NCBI RefSeq assembly: GCF_964204645.1
Contig: NC_134029.1
Span: 9,636,850 to 9,700,849, forward strand
DNA length: 64,000 nucleotides
Reading direction: 5' to 3'
Source: Tubulanus polymorphus
Lineage: Eukaryota; Animalia; Nemertea
Of this stretch, positions 10,547 through 22,500 are shown piece by piece. The notes beneath the pieces are model-generated. The model saw only the letters and a list, made by a program, of their open reading frames with translations, was not told the origin of the DNA and did not search any database. A program made the translations under genes and the position numbers. How positions within the stretch are numbered: position 1 is the stretch's first letter; each line of letters starts with the position of its first letter.

Positions 10547-13500
10547 GTAAATGTTACGAATATCACTTAAAGTACCGTACAGTGGATTACGAAAGTGATA
10601 AGAAAGACTACATTTTACATTATTATTGCTACTAACTATCACAGGGGCTCGTATCATAAGTTTGGGGGTGAACTGTAGCTTAGATCATCCAGTGCCCCTG
10701 GTACTATATATATAATATATAGTACCAGGGGTACCTGGTTCTATATATATAATATATAGTACCAGGTACTATATACAGGGGTACCTGGTACTATATATAT
10801 AATATATAGTACCAGGGGTACTGGATGATCTAAGCTACAGTTCACCCCCAAACTTATGATACGAGCCCCTGTGGCTACTATTTTACTAGTACTAAGTTTG
10901 TAGTATTAAATACATTACCAGATAGTCTAGTACCTAGCCGTTGTTCCTCAAACAACCGTAAACAACGACTGGTATTCAGACTAATTACCAGAACGACTAG
11001 GCCCCTAATAAGTACAGTAGACTAGTAGTAGTAGCCTTAAGCCTAAGGTACTGGTTCTTAATAGTAATTTATTGCACTTTTCTTTTGTCGTACCCCCTCC
11101 CATCCATCCCAATATTCAATCCAATTGACAGATATATTTTGGAGAGTCTATAAATGTGCAATAGTATTAGCACCGATTAGGCATATTTTGGGCAAAAGTG
11201 CAGATTCACTGCAGCTCGCTCTCATAAAAGGGTCCTATCAATTTCCATAACCAACAATCAGTCACTGTCACTTCCACATTCAGGAGAACGTCATCAGGAA
11301 TTCAGTTTCATTCAGTGCAGTGGTTTATTTGATAATATCTCCACTAGATAATATGTTTTTGGCCCGGGTCTCGAGTTTTTCATGAATTTTGAACTGAATC
11401 TAAAGTGGAGATCTGTCAAAATAACTGAAACAATGTTTTGTGATATAACTCATTTTGAGAAAGAGAAATGAAATTTTCTTAGCGATTTTAACAAGTATAC
11501 CAGACAATATGCCTAGCATTAATAGCCTGAGTGACAGGTGACAGAAATTTGATCAACGTAATTGTATTGATAACCCTAAACAGGGGCGGATCCAGACCGT
11601 ATTAGCCGTATTACCCAATACGATCTAAAATTCAAAGTGCCCTTCAAAATTTCTTGGCAATATTTTTTACTTTGACCACCCGCTAATTTACCATGTCCAC
11701 TGGTGTTTGATTCAATTTCTATATGCAGAGGCACAGGCCGGAATAGTGAACTTGACCTTTTGAAGGGGCACCCATGGTTTGGAAGAGGGCACTAAACACG
11801 CAGAGAAGGAAAAGAAAGGGGCACTATTTGCGGAAATTTTATTTGAAAGGGCACACTGACGCTGTTTGGCCTAATTTCTAAGAATGAAGGGGCACATGAC
11901 ACTACGGATAATAGCTCTAGCTTAACGGGCAAATGCCATCAAAATTGTACTTTCCACGATTTCTTAACCAGAAGAAACTTTAGTATACATATAACGACCT
12001 GAGATGTGACTTATTGAAAATAGGAGCACGAGTTAGCCGTAATAGTAAGCGGAATAGTCATCTATTTATCCTTCACTCCATGCGTATAGTTCATATTCAA
12101 CCCGTGGGTGGCGCTATTTATGATGTTAACTATGACAATCAACACAAGCACGTGTGCGCCTAGTACGCGTAGCCTATGTATAATCGATAAAATAAACTCC
12201 ATTTGTTCACCGTATTCACAGACGTACGGCGCTACTCACTTATATAAGATTACCATGTCATATACAATGGTAGCAACACTATACAATGGTAAGAGTTTAT
12301 TAATTCAAATCACTCCCAAAACGATAAAATATCGCATGAAATGTCTAGTGAAATGACTGGAAGCTGCGAGCGTTCGTCAGAGATGACGTCAAAAAACACG
12401 CACCTGCTTACATAAACAATAACAGTGAGCACGTGCTGAAATAGTGTTTAGTCTGTTTTTGAAACTGGTGCAACTCACAGGTCTTTTCAGAATGTGCAAC
12501 CCTCTGGCATTGATGGACCTGAACCTCAGTCTTATTAATGGTTGACACTGGTCATAGTGTTTAGTCTGTCTTTGTTTTGGTGCAACTCACAGGTCTTTTC
12601 AGAATATACAACCCACTATTAAATGATTAGGCCTGTTAGACTTAGCCTAGGGTTGTGAGATGAAACTTAGTGTTCAAAATATGTAGGCCCTATGGCCTAC
12701 CCTATTACAATTTTTCATTCTCTACATGACTCACTGGTTGATGGATATTCTTTATATATGATTCTCATCCCTGTAAATTTAGTCGTGACACTGGGTCCTG
12801 GACTGTAACCCTTAAGGCTGGCTTATGTCGACAAGCAACGCGACGCCTACCAACGCAACTGGGTTTATCGCCGATTAGCGGCAACTAGCGGCCTACGAGA
12901 GGCCGCCAGTTGCTGCTTTATCGGTTCGACATAAGCCGGCTTGCGACGGCAACCTGACGCCTACCGACTCGTCGCAAGCCGTATCCGGCTAGTTGCCCAT
13001 GTTCTACTCTGGCCTACGGTAGGCGGACAGTTGCTTTCGATCGCAACCGACATAAGCTCATCTGCGACGCGATGGAACTGAGCGCAAGGGTTCCAGCCAA
13101 TAAGAGACCGCATATACAAATTATGACCGCTAGTTAGCGTCAGTCGTAATTAGTCATAAACTTTCAAATTCAAGTATTTCGAAACGTAAACCAAACCTTC
13201 AGCACAGCAGATGACTGAACCGAAGATCTAGAAGCGAAATTAGTAGAATTATGGTGTGAGCGGCCATCTTTATATGATGTCGCTAGCACATTGCATTAAA
13301 AACAGAATCAGAAAGATAAAGATCTTAAAGAAATAGCTTTTCTGATAGAGATATATTTACCAATAATTCAAAATAAATCAAATTTATTCTTATCATGTGA
13401 CCATCTGAGCCGTTGCAGTTGCAAGTAATCGTAACCGACATAAGCAGGGAAGCAACTGGGAGGATCTCGTATCCCGCTAGTCGGCCTCAGTTGCTGCGAA

Positions 13501-16500
13501 TCGGAGCGCAGTCGACATAAGCTGGGCTGCGATCGCGGTTGCTCTCAGTTGTGTCGGTAGGAGTCGGTAGGCGTCGCGTTGCTTGTCGACATAAGCCAGC
13601 CTTTACTCCCTAGAACCTAAACCTATTTCTAACCCAACCCAGCTCTGAGCAGATGGCGGTAGTAGCAAATTTTGGATCAGTTATCGGAATTGATTAACAC
13701 TTGTTGGTGCTAATTTAGATTATGATGATGAACGAATTAATGAATGAGCATGTTTTAAGGATGACTAGAAATTGAAATGATATTTTTAAAAGCAATGATT
13801 TTGCCAAAAGTGATGGTTCCTGCCCAGAACGTGTACCTTTGCAAGCTCTCTTTTAGCCCACTTGACTTGGGCTTTAGTATATTGGTACCTATGCATTTGA
13901 TATGTTCCTGATGATATGTTATGTTCCGTGATTGTAGCGAGTTTCTTATATGTTCAGCAGGGGAGTTTATTATTGAAATTGTCAGATTGTTGAGCATTTC
14001 ACCCCATTTCTTAGTGGGCAGGGTGTCCCTGCCAATAGTTTTGATCATAAGGCGATATATGTTAAAAAGGGCACTAAGTTGTTGAAAAAATTATAGAAAG
14101 GGGCTATTTCATTTCAAAACTCTTGGGACTGGTTTTATAGACTAGTATTTACTTTAACCCGGGGGCTAACTCGACTCATTTTCAATTAAGTTAACCCCCC
14201 GTTAAAGTTAATACCAGTCTATAAAACCGGCCCCAGAAAAAAACCTGGAATTCCAGTTGTTCTGAAGTGTTCGAATCCTGAAAAGGGACCTTTTTTAGAA
14301 ATAGTTGAAAAAGGCACTCTTCCTTTCAAAATGTAGTTTACCCCACAGGTGCGTCGGAAGCAATTTTTGATTGCCGTGTCCAATTGCCAATTTTTTACAG
14401 GTTCTAATATTGCTGTGGCGAACTTACTTCAATTCGTCAAACCCATAGTATTTAAAAAAAAGCGTCATTGAGTAAATTATTGCCGCGCTTCCAACGCCAC
14501 TGCCTCAAAGTGTCAAATGATTTTGAAAATATGAAGCATTGCCAGAATGGCCTTGTCTAATTTGTTTGCTAGTTTGTTTTCCTTAAGCACTTGGTAAGTC
14601 CTTGATACATTCAAAGAGTATTTATTATCCAGGGGCCAGTTGCATAGTCATGGCTTGGACTTGAGACCAGTCTAAGACCAACGTAGTTCTATAGCCAATC
14701 TAACAACATAAGACCAGTCATAAGATTTAAGACCACTTTGGACTTAAGTCATGACTGTGCAACTGGTGCCGGCAGCCTATCCATTAAAACAGAATAAATG
14801 ATTCCCGATTAGATGATAACTTATTATGGGATCATTCATTTATTACGTATGCATGAAATTTGACTCTTTCAACCCCCCTCCCCGTGTACGCAAAATCGGC
14901 CATTTTTTCATATACATTAAGCATTACTGTACGCAATTGCACTGACCCCTCTCCTTCCCCTTATGCGTACATAATAAATGAATGATCCCTATGTTGGATT
15001 TTTTTTAGAAAAATGGTGGTCAATTGATTAGTAATCCCGGAGTAGATGAAGGCTGTATACGGTGAGTGGCTTCACATAAGTGCTTCAGTGAGTGCAATCT
15101 GTGAATATTTACAAGAAATGCATCAACTTATATGAAAAAGCCAAAACATTTAGGCATACACATTTTCAAGCACTATGTTTATCGGGAGTAGCAAATTTGA
15201 TACTACAGAAAATGCTATAGATATGTATCAGATTAGGTTAAGATGTTTTAAATATTTTTGTTGTTGACTCTGAAGCGAGTGCTAGTTTTATGCCATGGAT
15301 GGTGTCATAAAATCGTTAAACATACCATTCATTTATATCATTTTCAGTCTTATCGAAGAAGGGACGCTTGTAATTCAAAAGGGTAACATCTTATCTCGGT
15401 TTATCGATGACTGCCTCAAAGCGGATCGACTGTTGGACAAAGAGAGATATTTGTAAGATTTTTAACCTGTATACTTTTGTAAAAAAAGAGGATTTTAACC
15501 CACCTGGGGGCTTAAGCATTTCTGCACTATTCATTCATTCATTAATCTATCTGGTGACAGAATGAATATTGAAATTTTTCAATTCCCAGTTAGATACCCA
15601 TGCATATTTTTAGCCCACTTGGGACTTTAGTCCCAGCGGGCTATTGCGTTCACTTTTCGTCCGTCGTCCGTCCGTAGACGGAATCCAGTTATTTTGGGAA
15701 GTTTTGAAGACGCTTCAAGGTAACGTCTTGATATTTGGGTTATACATGTATCTACCCTAGACACATCTTCAGCCCAAAAACTGGCCCTGTCAGAATCAAG
15801 ATGGCCCACTAGCAGCCATTGTTGTTGGCCAAAATCAGCACTTTTTACACATTTTTGAACTTTTTGAGGGAAATTTTGAAGACGCTTTGATCAATTACCT
15901 TGATCTTTCGGATATATGTGAATCCCCCCAGGGCCCATCAACATAACAAAAATTGGGTCAGTCGGACTCTAGATGGCCGTCCTATGACCATTTTAGTGCC
16001 CAAAAATGTTAATTTTGGCCTGAATTCTGAGTCCTGTAGCTTCCTACTGGTTTGCCATTTCTCATTGCAATTTGTGATGGGTATTCTTTGGAAAGGGATG
16101 TTTTATACCTGAGACAGGTATTTTTCATCAGCCAATTATGACGCAATTGGCGGCCATCTTTGTGTCACCAGTACTCATTCATAAGTGGGAAAAAGTTTTT
16201 CCACATTATATTGATACCTAAGCGTATTTTGCTACCACAATCAATTAGAAAGTTGTAGTTCATAACGTGTTCTATGATTGTGGTGAGTTTCAAGGTAATT
16301 GGATTTCGTATATGGCCACCAGGGGGCGTTGAATAATACAATATCTTAGTATTTCTATATTATATTCGTACCTATGCATATTTTGTAACCACAATCAATT
16401 GGAAAGTTGTAGCTCATGACTTCATCTATGATTGTTGCGAGTTTTAAGGACATTAGTTTTTAGCCCACTTGGGACTTTATTCCCAGCGGGCTATTGCGTT

Positions 16501-19500
16501 CACTTTTCGTCCGTCGTTCGTCCGTCCGTCCGTAGGCGGAATCCAGTTATTTTGGGAAGTTTTGAAGACGCTTCAAGGTAACGTCTTGATATTTGGGTTA
16601 TACATGTATCTACCCTAGACACATCTTCAGCCCAAAAACTGGCCCTGTCAGAATCAAGATGGCCCACTAGCAGCCATTGTTGTTGGCCAAAATCAGCACT
16701 TTTTACACATTTTTGAACTTTTTGAGGGAAATTTTGAAGACGCTTTGATCAATTACCTTGATCTTTCGGATATATGTGAATCCCCCCAGGGCCCATCAAC
16801 ATAACAAAAATTGGGTCAGTCGGACTCTAGATGGCCGTCCTATGACCTTTTTAGTGCCCAAAAATGTCAATTTTGGCCTGAATTCTGAGTCCTGTAGCTT
16901 CCTACTGGTTTGCCATTTCTCATTGCAATTTGTGATGGGTATTCTTTGGAAAGGGATGTTTTATACCTGAGACAGGTATTTTTCATCAGCCAATTATGAC
17001 GCAATTGGCGGCCATCTTTGTGTCACCAGTACTCATTCATAAGTGGGAAAAAGTTTTTCCACATTATATTGATACCTATTATATTGAAGCGTATTTTGCT
17101 ACCACAATCAATTAGAAAGTTGTAGCTCATAACATGTTCTATGATTGTGGTGAGTTTCAAGGTAATTGGATTTCGTATATGGCCACCAGGGGGCGTTGAA
17201 TAATACAATATCTTAGTATTTCTATATTAGCCTATATTCGTACCTATGCATATTTTGTAACCACAATCAATTGGAAAGTTGTAGCTCATGACATCATCTA
17301 TGATTGTTGCGAGTTTTAAGGACATTAGTTTTTCTATATGGTCACCAGGGGGCGTTGAATAGTAGAATAACTTAGTATTTCCTTATTATATTGGTACCTA
17401 GGCATATTTTGTTACCATGATCAATTGCAAAGTTGTAGTTCATGACATGTTCTATGATTGCGGTGAGTTTCGAGGTCATTGGGTTTTGAATATGGTCTCC
17501 AGGGGGCGTTGAATAGTAGAATGACTTAGTATTTCCATATTAAATTGGTAACGAGGCATATTTTGTTATCACAATCAATTACAAAATCGTAGCTGCTGAC
17601 ATGTTCTATGATTGTGGTGAGTTTCAAGGTCGTTGGTTTTTGTAAATGGTCACCAGGGGGCGTTGAATATTGAAATTGTTAGATTGTTGAGCATTCGAAA
17701 CCACTTCCCAAGTGGGCATGGTGTCCCTGGACCCCCAGTTCTATATGGTCACCAGGGGGCGTTGAATAGTAGAATAACTTAGTATTTCCTTATTATATTG
17801 GTACCTAGGCATATTTTGTTACCATGATCAATCGCAAAGTTGTAGTTCATGACATGTTCTATGATTGTGGTGAGTTTGGAGGTCATTGGGTTTTGAATAT
17901 GGTCACCAGGGGGCGTTGAATAGTAGAATGACTTAGTATTTCCATATTAAATTGGTAACGAGGCATATTTTGTTATCACGATCAATTACAAAATCGTAGC
18001 TGCTGACATGTTCTATGATTGTGGTGAGTTTCAAGGTCGTTGGTTTTTGTAAATGGTCACCAGGGGGCGTTGAATATTCAAATTGTTAGATTGTTGAGCA
18101 TTTGAAACCACTTCCCAAGTGGGCATGGTGTCCCTGGACCCCTAGTTGTAATTGTCAGCAGTAAATCGCAAAGTTGAATTCAAATTATCTGGTTGTCAAG
18201 CATTTCACCAATTAGGTAGGCATGGTATCTGGTCCTGTGGAACCTTAGTTACAAAATTATGTATGTCAAACATTAAACTTTTGAAATGAGCCCTCATTAG
18301 CCTGGTTACTTTCATTCATCGGTCCCAAATGATGAATATTTAGAGGTACACTATCATTTATGGTCTTTCGCTTTAGCGAAGTCCATTTTGCAATCACATA
18401 TGATACTTTCTTCCTTGTGTACTAAATAACTTACGAAGAAGGCTGAGTTTCTCTTTGGAACTTTCAAAACATTCAATGCAGTAACAAAATCTCTAACCCT
18501 ATGGAATTTCGTCGCAAAGCATTGCTTATTTGTTGATTTAGTTATTTGTTGTTGTAACTATGATGTACATTTCTTTTCGGAAGAACACATGCCTTGTTAA
18601 GTATATTCCTGCTTCACACGCACGCATGTTATACAGAATCGCTGCAATATAGTTTATCGATCTAAGCTCTACTGCTAGCTATGTATACATGTACATGGAT
18701 AGCGTGCCTTGCGTGTGGCCTAGTTACAGTTTTCCAAGAAACTGCAAATAATTCTAGCAACTGCATGGGCCGTGGTAAAACGCAAACGGCAAGCGCGCAT
18801 ATTCTAAATCCTTAGAATGCCTCTAATATAATGAAATCTTTATGAATCATAAATGCTTAAACTAAGTTGGTCCAGTCTGTGAACAGCCTCACGTGCATGC
18901 AAAGCTTGTACCCGGAATGCGTGGTCAACTTAATTGGCCTGTCATGGGTTTTTGGCAATTGTGTCCTTAGCAGACTGTATCCCATGGCCATGGCTTTAAA
19001 TTATAATAGTATGGATTAAACATGCACCATCATGTAAATTTAGGAAAGTCCATATTAAGAATTTCGTTTCTTGTTTATTTTTCTAGAATCAAAGATTTTG
19101 GTGTTGCCAGATTGCATTCAGTTGAAGATGATGACCATGGTGTTTCAAATTCGATTTTAACATCTACTAAGGAAAAAGTTACGCTGATGGCTAAATGTTC
19201 TGGGTAAGGCTTTTGACATGTACAGGGATGATAATTTTCTGACCGTATATTTGGAATTCCGAAAATTGGGAAGAGGTGAGGTGGCATTCCATAAATTTAT
19301 CTGTTTGCTGTTGCCAGTGGTTTTTAGCCAACTTGCGTTTTTAGTCCACCAGCTATTGCGTTAGCTTTTTGTTCGTCTATAGATGGAATGCAGTCATTTT
19401 AGGAAGTTTTGAAGACACTTCTATCGATTGCCTTGATATTTGGTTCATACATGTATCTTCCCTAGATACAACTTCAGGCCAAAAAAGTAGCCTGAATTCA

Positions 19501-22500
19501 GAGAACTGTAGCTAACTAATGGATTATCATTATCTGATCTTTTGAAAGGCAGGGATGAAAATCTTCCGACCATAGACGGATTTCTGACCTTTTCTAACGT
19601 TTTCTTTATTCCTGAGAACAGTGTAAATCACCTCAATCGCGAGTGTCACATCGGAACACTCGGTAGTTAGGAGTGCTCCTTAAGACAGTTTTCGGCAGTT
19701 GTTAGCACAACTGTAGAGTCGGAGAAACCAATATGGCGTCTCATTCAAAAAGCGGCTCTAATTCAGGCCCAAACTGTTAACAGTTTGACCAAAAGGAAGT
19801 AAGTTTTTTGGCTAAAAGTTACTGATTTTTGTTCCCCAAAAGAATTTTTTTTTTGAAAATATTTTCAGACTTTTTCAATATGGGCTGTTTTCATCCCTGG
19901 AAAGGGATCTCTAACAGGGTAGGTTTTTTGATCTGTCATTTTTTGTGCAATTGGTGGCCATCTTAGTTTTATCTGTCCTCAATAGTAGAAGTATAAAAAT
20001 TTTTTGAGGTAAACGTCAACTGATTTTAACTTAAAGTCTTGGTTTAAACTCTCTGGTTTAAATTAGATAAACTTAAGTTATCATGAATTATCATTTGAAT
20101 TATTTTTTAGAGTACTGCCTTTTTAAACTGTCGATGAACGTTTTATCCGTGACCTGAAAAATACTAGGATGAATTGAAGTCAAGGTCAATATTTCAGTGG
20201 TAAAATTGAGGGTAAAAAGCTGGACTTGGAATGACCGTTTTTGATGGGTTTCGTCTTCAGACAAATTTATCTATGGCATCATCGTCATGTCTGTCTGTCT
20301 GTCTGTGGATGTTTCTTTATGACACGATTTAAGCTGTTTGTGTGGACCGATAATGCTGTAAATTGGCACATATATTCTGTACTGGTGCTGCTTGGTTTAT
20401 ATTTGATTCTGATGTTTATAAGTGCGCAAATTTGGTTATAAAATAATCAACGTTACTCGTTAGTTCAAGCCGCTGTAGCGCGTTATTATGGCGACGTTCA
20501 ATACACTCGCTGTGTGTATGTAACACAGAACACGTATGTTCATGGAGATATTGATACGCTCATACAGCACGCGCGCGCTTATCTAGTCTTACGCCTCGCG
20601 CGCAATATTCAGCGCTGATGCCGAGAGACTGGGGAGTTCTCCGGACACAACTACGCAGTGAACTATAGAACTTTTGGATTTCGGATAAGGCCGGATCATT
20701 CTTTGCAGTTTCAGACGGTCGCTACTCTTTACGTAAAAACCAGCGTAAATTAATTTACCAACTGAGATTTCCGCCCCAAATATATCACTAAAATTTACTG
20801 AGTACGGGAGCTTCAATCACAGTCGCAAGAAATGTTGATGACAAAGTCAAAGTTTAACTACATATTCCCCAAAACAAACAAGGCATTTTGATTAGTTTAT
20901 TTTGAACACCGAAATATTATCAGTGCACCATGGCAGGTAGCGTGCATCCTATAATTTCCGCAGTGATAACACCACACGCCCAAGATCTGTGTTTTGATCA
21001 ACGCTGAGAACTAACCTTAAGTAATTAAAGATATCATTAAGTGTCATCAATTGAACCCGTCATTTTTATGCCCTGACGTTAGCAATCGTTGGAGCCCGGC
21101 TATCTTGTATTTAGTTTGCAACACCGATGATCTTGATATTTTTGATACTTAGTGCACAACTCGCGTCGATTGCATTGTCAGCAATAACGTGTTAACTGTT
21201 AATCATTTATGTATCACTTCCGTGTAGTAACAGATAATGCTTCCCACGGAGAAGATTAGTGTTTTTACTGCATGCACACAGACGTGCGTCAACAGACCCA
21301 CATTTTAATTGTCGAATGGTCATGCAAAGATGTGATGTCACATTTAAAAACGTTTTAAGCTTGGGCCTAAATTGCTTTACAAATTAAAAGCTATCATGAA
21401 TGAAACTTTCGAAAATTTATTGCAAGTACTTTTTTTTTCAGTCGAAAAAAATACACATACCAAGAAGATATGGACATAATCAGATATTTGATCAAGAACA
21501 AACGATACCGTGATACTAAAGGAAATAGTGTTTGGAAAGAAATGGAAGAGGAACAGGTACAAGATGGTCACTATGGTGGCATTTGCATGAACTAGTCAGT
21601 CGCACATGCTCTCGCACGTTTTAATCCATGATTTCGTTAATACTACTGGTTTTTAAAAAAAGTTTTTTTGTTTTCATTTATCAGTGACAGTTTACATATT
21701 GTACATATGTTTGAACTAGAACAACTTTGAAAACAACGTATACTCAATGAACATTAATTCACTTTAATCACAAAGAGGGAATTATAAGTAACAAAATTAT
21801 TGCATTGTCGGGATTCGAACACGATGTGGCATCAACTGCGTCGACGTCTTTTAAGTAATTTAGGTAATGTTGAGTTCATCTGCCAAACGGAAGATGGTAC
21901 AAAGTGGCGGCGATAGATGAAACCGAAATGGAAAATGACGGATTGGGACTTATATCAGTCTGATTACGTGATTTGCTAAAACAAAATGGCGGCTTTTTGA
22001 ATCGCTCATATATGAATCAGATAGCGAGAATTGACGTGTCCAGACTAATGTGAGTCATAATCTGTGATTTACGGTTGAGTTAACGCTCAAGGTCGTCCGG
22101 TAGATTTTAGGCTTTTCGGGGTGCACTTTAATCAAAGGATGACGATTCTTAGTGTTATTCTTGTCGCTGTTTAGACCCGGTAATTATGCGGGATTAATTC
22201 ATAATAAATTACTATACGCAAATTCGAATGGTTAGGGGCTGAGTTATATTTCTGACAGAATTGAAAATTACGTTTATCAGCTATTAGTAGTTGAATCTGA
22301 AAGGAGTTATATTTTATGAAAAATTTTTGGATGGAAAGTGGAAAATTTTAATAATAATAATAAATATAGCTGCAAAGCAGCGATAACGGGTTTTCTGCAC
22401 AGTCTTAGAATCCAGTTCAACGGTGGATTTCGACAAAGCATTTGATAAGGCACAACATCAGGCATTACTAACCAGGCTATTAGGAAACATCATTAATGAT

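Noticed and set aside
15900-16970. Repeated 70-aa ORF MIFRIYVNPPRAHQ... (also 60425-60637)
   Set aside because: It is the same stretch of HINE family A, starts at a non-ATG codon and is disrupted in other copies; no recognisable domain.
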